From NCBI GenBank assembly GCA_043228905.1, contig JBHGNT010000011.1, positions 19,716,001-19,780,000 of the forward strand: a stretch of 64,000 nucleotides of DNA, given 5' to 3'. Below the pieces are notes generated by a model. The model made no database searches, was not told the origin of the DNA, and saw only the letters and a list, made by a program, of their open reading frames with translations. Shown here in pieces: positions 11,897-25,400 of the stretch. Both the position numbers and the translations under genes were made by a program. Origin of the DNA: Azolla caroliniana. Taxonomy: Eukaryota; Plantae; Polypodiophyta. Position 1 is the stretch's first letter. Each line of letters starts with the position of its first letter.

Positions 11897-14800
11897 TTGG
11901 AGATTCCTTTTGAGTCATCAGATTCTGATCGTGAGGATGAGGTGGTCGATCCCTTCATGTATTGTTCCCCCAGGTATTCTGCATTTTCAAGAGGTACGTA
12001 TAATTTGATGGTTAAAGATTTATTGGGACAAGTTAAGGTAACATTGGAAACATTATGTGATGTCACGAGGGGTGCACCTCTTTCATTTCATGGATGGAGG
12101 CACATGAAGAGTTGTCTCATACTCGGGAATGAGGGTGCAATTTACCTTAAAGCATCACCTAATCTTCAAGTATTATACGTCACGAAATGGAGGGAAGTAG
12201 TATTAACATCACATGTTGACACATCCCATCACACATTTTCAAAGACTTTTAAAGAGTTAAAGCTAGTTTACGCGATTGATGTACGTGATTATGGCATCGC
12301 ACCAGAGTACGTAAAAGCACTCATTAGAAGTTGTGGTTGCCAAATGGTATCGAAGGTTGACCCGATAGAAGGTTTGGGATCAAGCATGGCCAAATATAAC
12401 AAGACCCTACCCATAGAAGTGATCAAGGTAGAAACCCACCAATTAGATGATGCGCTCACAAATTTGCAAACCAAGTACCACACACGTTTTAGGAAAGGAG
12501 TCAAGAAGGGTATGCGTGTGACTAGGTATAGTTGCCATCGTGCTAGGACATCTCGGCTTGCATCTAATTCCACTCGACGACGTAGGTGCACACCCCGATG
12601 TGTACGTTAGAATGAATGACAGTGTTGTGAATGAGACACTTACCATTTCAATATATGGACCTCATAGTGGTCATGTACCATGTAGTAGGTCGGATGTGTA
12701 CCATTTGCTAGTACACCCCAATGTCATAAGTTGTTGCAAAGATGACCTATTTGATGTTGGGTGTGCAAGGCATGTAGCACGAATGAGCATGCGTAAGGAA
12801 GCATATCATAAATCCAAGGCTAGTCCATTAGAGCTTGTTAGCTATCGGTTCTTTATGATACCAAAGGAGGTCCATAACATGGAAAATAGGTTAAAAATCG
12901 GGAGTGCCATGACTAAGGTTGATTGGGCTTTGATGATGCAAGATGCCTATGCACTCCGAGATCTTGGGAAAGTGGCTCATGTTCAACCCTACATGCCTCG
13001 TGAACCAGGATCTCCCGCCAGACAACCATTTATCTTGATACTTCAAGATCAATGGATGTTGGAAATGTGTGAGCGGTTGACCCTAAACAACTCTTGGGCA
13101 ATTGACTCGACATTTAAAACAAACCAATTCGGGCTACCATTATATGCAGTTGTTGCCCCCAACGCCATGGGATTTGGGATCCCGTTATGGTACATGCTTT
13201 GTAGTTCTGATAAGGGGTCAAACCATGAGCAGGTCGCATTAAAAACTTGTTTGAGAGTCATATTCTCAAGGATGCCCATGGTGAGGCCAAATGCAATAGT
13301 GATTAATAAATGTTGGACATCATATAATGCCATAACTAATGTGGTTACAACAAACCGTCAATCTTGGATTGTTGTAAATGGGCAACGGTCGCAAACACAT
13401 TGTTGACTTTTGTTGTGTCAGTTTCACACCAAAAAGTCATGGGTGGACAACTTGTTGCCAAAAGTAAGTGCAACTGAGAGAAGCCATCTTTATCAACGAA
13501 TGTGTCAACTAATGCAATGCATTACTGAATCCGCATTCAATGGGATGTGTGAGGAGTTAAAGGTAGAATATGCAGACAAGCCCGATGTTTGGCAATATAT
13601 AGAAGGAGGATGGTGTGGTTTGACATGTGTGTGGAGGAAACTCTAGCCCAAGTTTGGTAGAATGTTCAACTATGGACACGTTGACACTACCAATATTGTG
13701 GAAAGACATTGGCAGTTTATCAAGTATACTGCCTCGAGAGGAAGAATAAACCGATCAATTACCGACCTTCTGCATGTCTTAATCAGGGATAGTGAAATTG
13801 ACACTTGCTTAGGAGGAATGGTAATAGAGTGGTACAAGCAATGACAAGAAATATGTGAGAGTGGTTGGTTTGCACCCCGTGCGAATTGTACGGATCAAAG
13901 GTCCCGACTTAAAGAAGCGGAGATAATATTGGAAAGGTATGTCGACGATACTTCCACAATGGAAATTGTCGACGAGGCCCGATATTGGTTTAGAATCTTG
14001 AGCATGACAACTCCTACTCTATGGTATAATGTCTCACTCCAATGCTCATATTGTGATTGCCAAGACATTGCGAGTAAATGTAAGCATTTACTCGGTATCC
14101 GAAGGATTATTGAGAGGCATATGCCACATTTATGTGACTCGTTGCCTTTTATAGATCACGCTGTCATGAAGAATTTCGGCCAGAGGCGGAAACCGGGAAA
14201 TATTGGCTATATCGGCAGGGTGCACCATGTGCACTCACCCTCGTATAATTGTGTGAATAATAGGAGTTAAGTCGGGACGAAGAATCCCATGTAAATCGGG
14301 ATTTATCCCACATTGTAACGCATCCCTCTCCTTGTTCTATAAAAGGAAGGGATGGTCCCTTGTAGAAGGGTTGCCCATTTTGTATTAGAGGGTATACCGT
14401 TAGTTTAGGGCTAGTCTCTTCTTCTTCTTTCTCTCTTCTTCTTCTTCTCCTTCTCGAGTACTCGGGCGACACCTATGGCGGGAAAGCTGTTAGGTCGACT
14501 CCACTTCTCCTGAGCATACCCGGCTCGCGACCGGGGTTGTATCTCTCCCTGTTGTAGGTTTACTTCTGCCCGACCTCCTGCGCAAGACCCTGCTCGGCAC
14601 AACAAGCCTGTGAGCTCCCAGATCGGCGGCTTGGCAGCAGACCGCTGTTGTAACCTACCTTGGTCCAGCTCGAAGTCGGGGATGTATTCCTTCCCTTGTA
14701 ATATATACATTTGCGTTTGTCTGTGCATATTCGTGTCTCTGTTGGTGTTGGGTGCTTTCCCTTCCCTGCGTTTCCTGTACATAAGGGCGTGAGTTGGGTC

Positions 14801-15517
14801 GGCGGTGGGTGTGTGTGTGTGTGTGTGTGCGCGTATGAGTCGGTGTCAAGCGCATGCTCCCTCCCTTTCTCTCTCTCTCGTTCAGTTGCTTCCGGAACGC
14901 GTCCGGAATCGTCTTCTCGGCTTCCCTCCTTCCCTTGTCCGAGACCCCCGTGGTTCCGCCCTTCTACACACAAGGCGTAACAACGCGACAACGCGACCCA
15001 AATGGGAATGGACCATAATACAAAAATAGAAGTGGAGGCAGAGGTAGAATGAGTCGAGGAGACAAACCCCACAACATCCGAGATTGAATCATTCAAGTCC
15101 AAAATACAAATGGTCATGAAAGCACTTCAATGTCTCGAGCACGGGTTAGGAACCTTCGACCGTGCAACTATTGTCGAAGGTATACAAACATTGGAAGATG
15201 TGGTTGAGAAGGTGTATCACGTTGGTGCACCAAAATCAACCAATGAAGAAGATGGCAAATCAATAAGTCGCAACCATCAAATCGGTGCCAAAAGAAGTGC
15301 AACAATAGACATCTCACAAGAACTTATTGGCAGCTTCCCAAACACTTCCAAATCTTACTCTGGAAAACTACAAAGAGGTGCAAGTCGGGCTAGGAGGCAA
15401 TTACCAATATGTGACCATGAGAAGGTTCGGTGTTTGCGTTGCGATGGCTTGACCTTGACTTCAAGGGACTCGAATGTTACATGTAAAAATTGTGGTTGCA
15501 TCTTGCAATCATCCTGA
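11897..15517 (+). pseudogene. MULE (MuDRA/FAR1-like) transposase pseudogene
   Basis: WRKY/GCM1-like finger (YSCHR...GPHSGH); first catalytic Asp in WAIDSTFKTNQFGLPLY; LCQFH (CxxH); TTNIVERHW (catalytic Glu); SWIM finger CSYCDCQD...CKH; C-terminal CxxC...CxxC. Several stops/frameshifts and a solo-LTR insertion. Confidence 0.9.
14162..14990. mobile_element. Solo LTR (829 bp, family unknown) inside the transposase
   Basis: TGTC...GACA termini; 4-bp duplication ACGC at 14158-14161 and 14991-14994; TATA-like ctataaaagg at ~14337; removal restores the frame FIDHA-TQMG...KIQMVMKALQ. Confidence 0.8.
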
Positions 15518-15715
15518 CATGAGCCATAATGTTAATATGTAATGTGTATATTCATATTTCATTTTAGGGTTGTCAACATTTGACGTTTTAATATTTTATG
15601 TAAGACTTGTTATTTGAATCTTTATAGGTTTTTTTGATAAATTTTATGATCATTTTCATGGCAAATATTTGTTGTACACTTACCATTTTTTGGAGTTTTT
15701 GATGTTTGTTTTTAA

Positions 15716-15892
15716 GTCGGGCTCCTGATGACAGAGGTTGTTAAACAACGGGGCTCCTTTTGACAGAGTCGGGCTCCTTCTTACTGATGTTGTCAGACAA
15801 CGGGGCTCCTTCTGACAGAGTCAGGCTCTTGCGTACAGAGGTTGTCTGACAACGGGGTTCCTTTTGACAAAGTCGGGCTCCTGGTGACAGAC
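15716..15892. repeat. Subterminal tandem repeats of the MULE
   Basis: Repeated gtcgggctcc / tgacagaggttgt / aacggggctccttttgacagag modules; an inverted degenerate copy lies at ~3150-3205 next to the left TIR. Confidence 0.8.
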
Positions 15893-15900
15893 GTTGTCAG

Positions 15901-16019
15901 CTTTTTATCCATCTTGGACAGTGGAGATCGAATGTGCCATCAGCGGTGCGACCTGCACCGTCCCTCTCCACCGCGATTCCCTCACTTGCCCTCTTAAATA
16001 TTCGGTAGTAGTTAGTCAC
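15901..16019 (-). repeat. Right TIR of MULE
   Basis: Inverted match to 3008-3126. Confidence 0.85.
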
Positions 16020-16461
16020 ATACGTTCATGTGATCATACATACATACATACATACATACATACATACATACGTCCCTTTGATGTGTGTGGAAATTATGCC
16101 TTCCTTTCATCAGCTGCAAATTTGCCCCAAAATCTAAAAAGGGTTTTGAAAAGAAGCCTGTCACTTCAAATGATACAACAGAAAAAGAATTTTCCCTGTA
16201 TCATCAGCTGCTGAGGGTGCGCATACTACTCTCTGCATGATTGGATTCTTCATCGTCTTCTGCGACAAATTCCGAACAGGAGCAAAATAAGAGAGCATAT
16301 CACCCATAGCAGCAGCAGCAGCAGAAGCTGCAGCCGAAGAAGCAAACCGGCGGAGCCAAGAGAATGCTAATGTACGGATGGATGGAAGCATTCCACACTT
16401 TTAATTTCCTTCCTTCTATTCTCTCGTTAACCAGTGGAGCGCGTACCTCTCTTGGTCTCCT

Positions 16462-19400
16462 ATGGTGAAGATCCGAAAGCAGAAGGCAGGAGATCAGATC
16501 AGAGATCGGGTGTTCCCCGTTTCTGCCCGTGATCGTCATCCCTGTGCTGTAGTACGCCATGTGAAGCTTTGCCTTCGAGTCGATGTCTCAAGTCATCGCC
16601 TCCATGGGTCAGTCAGATGTTCGTTCATGTGTTCCTTACATTCTAATTACTTTGGAATGATTTCTGTTTGTGGTTGACTTTGTTGAGCTGTTATGGTCCG
16701 CTTCAGAAGAAAGATCACAATTTTGACGTGATTTGTTTTTTCATGTGTTCTGATAAGTCTGTAAGATAAAAACAACCTTCACAGAACTGTCAAAATTAGA
16801 TGTGAACATCAAACCCACGAGTCTCCTTAACAATATCTTAGTTCTCACTGATTCCCACAGTAAAATCAGTGAAATTGTTCCTTAGTCACTATCATATTAG
16901 CTTCCCAACATCTCAACATACCAACACAATGATATTCACCAGCTTATGTGCCATGTAGTGAAAGTACTTATCTTTATGATAAGGTGATGATGTTGTATTC
17001 TCATATGAAATTAGGGGTTGATAGTGGTGTATTGCTTTCTTTTAGTTCCAACGAAAACCTACATTTCTTTTGATTGGTTATATCTAGATCATGTTGACCA
17101 TGAAATTTATCTTTCGCCATCAATTGTAGTACCTACATTTGCACATGCACTCCAAGAGCTACATATCTGAATGCCGCTGCATTTGGATACACTCTTCAGC
17201 GAAGCGTGTTTATCTAACTCTCTCTCTACATGAGTGGTCAAAGCTGTAACCAGGCCATCATACTCTGGAGGAAGAGTGCTGATACATCTCTGTGTTAGAT
17301 AAGGCCAGATTTCACCAAGCCAACAACTGTCACTTGGTCCTGAAGATGTTGTATGCTTGTGATAAACACCCTAGCCTTTTTGCTTTCAACCATCCTCTTA
17401 GAGGCGCTGATTCTCTGCTCTCATTTGCTCTGCTTCTCATATTGGGCTTGGAGAAATGTCCAGGAATTTGCCATCTTTGACGTTTGCTGGATTAACATTA
17501 ACGTACTGAATCAATTGTCCCCATGGTAATTGGGCAGAATGTGTCTGAGTTAAGCCTCTTCCATGCTCATGCCCATTGTGCTTTCTGGATCAATTGTTCC
17601 TACAAGCTCGACGTTTATTCCAGGTATGGTATATAGGAACCCATGGTTTGAGATTCATGGTTAGAATCCCACTGCCAGAACCATTTGCTCCACTAAGTGA
17701 GTAGTCACAAAATTTCGTTTAATCACTATTTCTGCTACTGTTGCACCCTATCACATTCGTCACACCTCTTGCGAAGTAACTGGTGCAGAACCTCCATTGC
17801 TCTAACGATATGTTAAATGAAAAACAAGAGGATGTGCTGAAATATTTGACACAGTACACAATAGAGACACAATGAAGTGTGATTACAATAGAGAATGTGC
17901 TACAATTGGAGCTCTAGCTCATGCGCTTCTATGTGAGCCGATACAATTACACCTCAATGAGTAAAGTGAGAGCGAACCTAGAGTGCACATTGTTAGACCC
18001 ATTGGCTAACCTCATATTCAACACAGCCCCTTTCCATTGACCGGAAATGTGAGGGTAGTTGGTACTTGTTGACACCTAGCAATTTTAATCCACAATATAT
18101 TCTCATTATTAGATTGTATAATTTTTGCGTGAATATGCTAAACACATGGATTGAAATGAATAGCCATGGTATGGTCCTAATATTTTTCAAGTTGAATTTT
18201 AGAAATAAAAAGTTGTAACTCGCACCAATGTTTGAACCATATGCTTGTAAGCATCAGTTTGTCAGTGATGAAAATAACTTCCAATAGTCGTGTTTCACTT
18301 GATGCTTTAATGCTATTCAAAGGAATGATTTGAACCGTATATATTTTTTATGTTACCTTGTTTGCCCTCTATGTGGAGTAATGAGGAAGCTCACGAGAAA
18401 CCTATAATAATAAAAAAGGCAACATGGCTTGTTGGTAATTGGGAAAGGGTTATTTAGCATCTTAGAGTCTCATTTAATCTTCTTGCGAAGAGACTTTGCA
18501 TGTATAATAGGATTAAGGTTGGTGCATGCCATATTCTGTTGATACAATGGGTGATGCATCTGAAAAGTTGGAGATATGAGGATTCTACATGTATTATATC
18601 AAAGAAGAATGCATATATATGGAGAACTAATATATTGCCGGTATCCCTTCACATTAATTAGAGATTGAGATAGGAAGATATGCGCGCAAATCTGTGAAAT
18701 AATGAATCTGTCAATTGTGCTATCAAAGGAAGGAATGGTATGAACACTATGTTTGCCAAAGAGATGCCATTGCCTCGTCAAATGATTGTTTGGCCACTAT
18801 ACAAGGTAATGGAATGCAAAGATCAACATTGGTTGGGATTGTTCTTGCTAGAATGTGAGGTATAGAGAGAAGTTGTTGAAGGGCCACAAAATCAACCACG
18901 ACTTAGTCAACAACGTGTGAGAAGTTTTTTATGAAGAGGTGTTCGATGCCGAAGAGGCTAGCAGCAGCTTAACAATAAGCTAAAATAAAAAGTATATTTC
19001 TTTGTGAGGCTCAAAGCCTTCAAATGCAAAAAATGAGTGGGTTTAGTAAGCCATGCATTTATGAACGGAGATAAAATACTCGTAAGTAACATAATGAATT
19101 AATGTAGTGGAAGAGTGGAGAGAAAAGAACAATGCATTAAATGCTGTAATGAAGTGATGGTAGGTTAAGGAGGAACTCTGTGCTAATGCAAGAGCATGTT
19201 GGCTATTACTGAGAACTTGAATAGGAGTAGATTGTGGACTTCTAAGATGGTCAAGGATTTTTCTTAACCATAAGAGTTCATGACATGTGTCCAAATAGAA
19301 TGCCTTCAAATGGCTGTTATACCTGAGATTTGTGTGTCACATTGGACCACATAATTCCATATCCACTAACTCTAAAATGGATGTGGCATGATGAGTAGCT

Positions 19401-22400
19401 TGAGAGGGAAAAGGTTCATGGTAGTGCTTCCCATGTATACAAGCACACATGAGATATTGGAGACATTGAAATGAGGAAGTTTGTGCACCATTTGGGATGA
19501 GTAAAGCTTCTGAAAAGAGTCATAGTTGAGGTGCCCAAAGCGTGCATGCCACACCTGAGGATCTTCTTGAGGTACCAAGGCGTAACTTCCATGAAGAAGT
19601 TGTAGTAGATGAGACTTGTAGGATGGTAATGGGCTAGTGGAGCTTTTAAGATGATTCAAGCCATCTTCCTTTTTGCCACTAGCAGCAATTTATAGGTTGT
19701 TGACGTTGGAGTTGTCAAAATAGACACCATAACCTTGTTTAGTAATATGAGAAATTGAGAGCAGGTTAGCTGAATGATGAGGTACATGTAATGCATTTTG
19801 AATAATAGTTGATGTTGACTAGAAGTGAACTCAACAATTCATTATCATGCATGAAGTTTCAAGATTCGATCCATCTCTAATAGGAATTTGTGAGTTGTGT
19901 GGCGGTATATCACACAAGATTGGCTGTCATAAGTCATAACTTGTGCAACCATTATCCACTATCCAATCATGAAGAGAGGATGTGTTGTGGTTAGATCTAG
20001 GTGTGAGCTTGGGGTTGGTTGAAGCTGGCTTTGTGGCACTATCCCTTCTCTTTTTCTGACAATCGGGTTGGATGTGGCCGTTATAGCCTCAATAGTGACA
20101 AGTAAGCTCTTTGTGGGCTGGATTGTCAGTTGGTCTCAATGAAGATTTATTGTTATTAGGAGAATCATTCCATTTGCCTTTGTCTTTAACATGAGTAATG
20201 GACGAAAAAGGAAACAAATGGTTGGCTACTCCAAGGAAATTGAGTTGAATAGAAGAAAGAAATATGAGGGAGATTATGGAGACCTTACAGCTCTAATACC
20301 ATGTGAGAAAACTATTATGAACAGTTGTAAGTTGCCAAAGAGGCTAGCAGCAACTTAGCAATAAGCTAAAACCAGAACTATATTTCTTTGTGAGGCTCAA
20401 AGCCTTCAAATACAAAAAATGAAAGTGAGTTTTGTAACTCATGCATTTAGAAAGGAGATAAGATATTCCTAGGTACATAATGAGTTAATGTAGTGGAAGA
20501 GTGAAGAGGAAAGAGCAATGCATTAAATGCTGTAATGAAGTAGTGGTAGGTTCTAAAAAGTCAACTGTAATAAATGCTGGAATATAGTAAATCTAGAGAG
20601 AGAATATGCATAGTGAGATTGCAGAAGGAAGAGATCTGCTCTGGGGCTGTGACCTTCCAACACTTCTATAGCTCCACACTCATGAAAATTCAATCCAGGG
20701 CTACACAAGTGGGGTCTTGACCAGGATACTAGAAATTGGCTACAATAGATCCATCAATGACAGTTTGTCATGCACATAGGCCTGGTCCTTTGTACCATCG
20801 CAACGTCACCCTTGACATTGACACGTAAAGTCAATTATCTCCCACCACCAGAGGTGATTTACTTAGTCTGGAAACCTCTCCAGCTTGGGTCAGCCCATGT
20901 TGAAGATATTTTGAAGGCAGAAGTTTCAGTCTAAGTTCAGAATTGTAAGTGCATAGCTACCTCAGTACATTATATTTAGCTATATATAATTTGGTTTGTT
21001 GTTCTCAAACATAATATCTTTTCTTTTCTTTCCGCGAATGGTTATCTGTTCTCTGTCTATTGAATTTCCTTTGACAGTTTATACTGGCATGCAGTTATGC
21101 AGAACTGAAAGTTGTTGCACCAACAAAAGGAGTCATTGGTCTTCATGCTCAAGACCTTAACATTGTGAGAGTCTTGTATGATGGCATCCCAACTGATTAC
21201 GAGGTCCTTCAGGGTTTTGAATCAAACAAGTTTGAAACAACAAGCTGTACTCGTGCTGCACAAAAACTCCCAGCTTCTGCCGTGGAAGCTGCAGAATCAG
21301 CATATTCAGAGTATTTGGGGGCTTTGGAAAGAGAATCACACCCTGATTTTCTTGTCTTTGTTCCAGAGGTTTCCATTGCATCTGATGAGAATCATGATGT
21401 TGCACATCCTCTGCTAGAAGCCGGGTCAAACGATGAGACCGTATCACATGCAGAAAAGGTTGGACCTGAACATGCAGTAGAGAGCCAAAAGGAGGAAGTA
21501 ACATCTCACCCAGAAGAAGTAAGTTATATGAAATCTCCTGCAATAGATTTTTATTCTAGTGCCCATCTATTTGTACTCATCTTGTGTGTTGACAGAAAAT
21601 GAATGTTGTTCGCGTGGAGTATTGGTTGGCGAAGCCAGCTTCTGGAGTTCATTTTTTTGGCAATATGCTCCATACAAGCGATCAGTTGCGAAGAGCACGC
21701 TGTTGGTTTCCTTGTGTCGACTTGGATTTTCAAAGATGCAGGTGAAGCTTGAACATCATAGTCCAGTTAGCTGAAAAACAAACAATTCTGATACATAATT
21801 TGCTTATTCAATTGTACAGTTACGAAATGGAATTTACTGTGGAATCTCAGTATTTTGCAGTTAGTTGTGGAAAGCTGCAATACCAGGTAATTTTTTTCTC
21901 TTAAGCTATATTGCTGTTCAACCTAGAGATTTCCTGAAGGCGAGGCACATATCAGTGCCATAAAGGATAGCCAGTATCTAGCAGGATATTTTTACCAGCT
22001 CACTTATTGTTTGCATCTCAATCTGAAGCTTATTTCATGATCATAGACATTTCATGAAGGCAATGCATAAGCCAGCTCGATTCATGGTAGCTGGCATTCA
22101 GAAGAATATTACAACCAGCTCTCTTATTGTTTGCTGCTCAATCTGAAGCTCATTTCATGATCATAGAGATTTCATGAAAGCAATTCAGAAGTTAGTGTGA
22201 TAAATGATAGCTGATATCTAAGATGATATTACATCTAGTTCTCTTATTGTTGCAAATGTTCGAGCATCAATGGTATATTGTATGATAGAATATAATAAAT
22301 ATTAGTTCTAAATACTATAGAATTCTGAAAGTAAGTGTCAACAGCAGCTTCAGACAGCAGATAGTTTAAACCCAATAAGGCAGAACTCAAAGTTCACAGT

Positions 22401-25400
22401 GATTATCCACGGGAACATTAGCACACAATCAGAAAATAAAGAACGACATAAAAATGCGCAGAATCTGGAATTATATTTCTGGGCTTGATCACAACAATGC
22501 TGTTGCATTGTCAAAGTTTCTGGGTAATATCCTTAATTTTGACATACAGAAGTTGGGTACAATTCCTGATACTACATGGATTCTAGTTTTACTATAAAGT
22601 TTTACAACAATTTCTGAACCTGTCCACAAGGGTGGTTTCCTATGCCTAACACCTTGTCATTGTGAGTTAGCAAGTCAGAGTGGACGGACCCATGCTAGCC
22701 AAAATGCCATGCAGGAGTTGGTGTTCCATTTATGGCTACACAAGATGTTGCAAACTTCTGTGAACTAAAGTGACCCACAGCCATCGGGCAGATCCTCTTC
22801 CGTGACATTTTTAAATAATTGCTTGACTTTTGAAGTTGTGTTCAGTGCATTTATGATTACCATAAAATACACAATCAGGTGCACCTCCTTTCGATCCATG
22901 TCCGCTGGTGTTCTTTAAGCAACTGCAATTCACCCAGAAATTTTTAGAGTAGTGTCATGTGTCCTCCTTATGCTAATGGAAATTAGACTCTTTAGCTGAG
23001 TTGTATATGTATAGTTATGTTGCTCTTACATTTTTTTCTTTGTTTGCTATATTTTGTAGACTTCCTTTTCAGTCCTAATAGGAAAATTTCTCTTCATTTA
23101 TAAATTTATATCTGATATCTACTTATATTTTCAAGTTAGGAGCTTCTATTTCTGCATTCAGAAAAACATACCTTTAGATTCTTATAAATTTAGGATAATA
23201 TATATATATATATATATATTGATAATGACAAGATTATATGATCATATATATAGTGCGCATGTGGGTTAAAGTTGATTCAACAGTATAACTCAAAACTTGG
23301 GCTAATTCATAAGTTCTAAGATAAAGTTTTATGAGCTGAATGGTGGCACTGAAGAATTTGGTTAATTGGTTGATTTGTTTAAAATCCAGGTTATCAGCAA
23401 GGAGGATGACAATCTGAGAACATTTGTTTACATTCTCGATACCCCAGTTGCGGCACAGTTTATTGCACTGGTGGTTGCTCCATTGGAGTTGCAGCCTGAT
23501 CGTCAAAATGCATCTATTTCACATTTTTGTTTTCACGGCAAAGCTTTTCATCTACAATGTACTGTCAGTTTCTTTAACTTAGTATTCAGGTATTGAACTC
23601 ACAATCTCAGTGCAAAAAATTGACAGGTTCTTTTTTATGGGTTATTGTGTCATATTTAATGACACAATTGTTGCTGATTGCAGCTTTTATGAAGATTATT
23701 TAGGTGCTTCCTTTCCATTTGGGTCGTATAGTCATGTATTTTTGGATTCTGAATTTATTACAACCTCACTGACAGCAGGAGCAGCTATGACTATTATTAG
23801 CTCTCATCTTTTGGTAGATGATCGTATCATTGATCAGGTAGTGTTATCTCATTCTTTTCTTCATTCTCTTTTCATCATAGATGTTCATGCAAACTGATTA
23901 TACTTATAATGATCCATGTGCTAATAATTGATTGGGCACATGACAGACAATGAACACGAGGATCAAGCTTGTACATGCTTTAGCACAACAATGGTTTGGG
24001 GTTTACATCTCCCCAGAGTCACCTGATGATGGTAACATCTGAACATTATATTTTAAGAGGTTGTTTGTATGTATTGCTATATGTGTACGAAAGCCCCAGC
24101 TGTATATTTTGTTCATGTACTTAAATGTGTTTCTCTCTTTATCTGTCCTTGGTCTTTTTCTAACTGATGTTTTTTTTCCAGCTTGTTGCATCACATTCTA
24201 TTGTTTAAGGTGCACCCAGGTTTTAAGGTGTTAACCTCCTTGTTGAGCAATCTTGCTTCTTTGATGTGAAATTCTAGGGAATCTAAAATCTTATGGAGGC
24301 ATTTCCTTGTTTCTATAAGATTTCTTTGATGGTGAAAATATAGCTAAATTGCTGGCTCAATAGGTGTTTTTCCGGATTCTAGAAGTTCTACAGGCTGGTT
24401 TGCAATCGTTTCTGCCACTTGATTTTCTTACGACACCATCTTTGTGTCTTTGATGTTCAAAAGTGACCTTGTAAATTTGTATCCATAGTGTAATATAGTA
24501 CAATACTTTCTATGTGAAAGTATAATATAAGATTATGTGCTTGAAAGTATAATATAATAATCGTTATATGAAATGAGAAGGGGAGTAACAAAAAGATGAT
24601 CTTTATGCAGGATGGCTTGTAGAAGGGTTGTGTGTTTTTCTCACTGACATGTTCATAAAACGACATTTTGGAAACAATGAAAGCTATTTCCGTCGCTTTA
24701 AGGTTTTACTATTCTTGGCATTCTTCTGTGTTCTATGAATATTTTTCATTGCACTGTTGTCATCTAAATATTTTCACTTCTAAACATCTATCCTTGGAAT
24801 GGATGGTTTCAACCTTTGAAGGGCTTGAAGCAAAATGTCGAATCGAAATATCTATATATAAAAAGTTGCTTAAGATTACGCACATGGGCACATACGAGTA
24901 TTTTGTAATAATCATTTTTGAACAGGCATAATGTGTCTAGATATTATAGCTAAGATTCAAGTTTCACTATTCATTAGTTTTTTGTTCAAACAAAAAAATC
25001 AGATGCATAAATCTATAATGAATCATAAAGTAACCAAAGAAAGAGTACATAAAAGATCATACTAAATAACAATCTACTCAAGAGGTGCTGTTGGAGTCAC
25101 CCAATGAGTAATACTTACACTTTGAAGGAGTGGAAGTAAGGCTATTGAGACAAAGATACAAATAATAAACTTCGTGAAATATTCAAATTTAGATCATTTG
25201 TCTGAAGTTTTCAACCAACTGCATCATATTTGTTGGGGCAAAACAAGTCACTAACCTCTCCGCTTAATTTCCACAAAAACAGAAATTGGGTAGAAAATAA
25301 AAACGGAAAAAACCAGCTTATCTAGTGGCATTCAGAGATTTTCAAACAGTTTCTGTAGTGGATTAATGGAGATATGGAACATGAAGCAAGAAGGAAGTCA

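Larger units (their letters stand above)
3008..16019 (+). mobile_element. Mutator-like DNA transposon (MULE) with TIRs, subterminal repeats, transposase pseudogene and a cargo gene; contains nested LTR insertions
   Basis: 3008-3126 (gtgtctaactactacc...gagggcaagtgagggaatcgcgg-agagggacggtgc...) is the imperfect reverse complement of 15901-16019; MULE transposase motifs lie inside. No clean TSD found, so the exact ends are uncertain. Confidence 0.85.
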
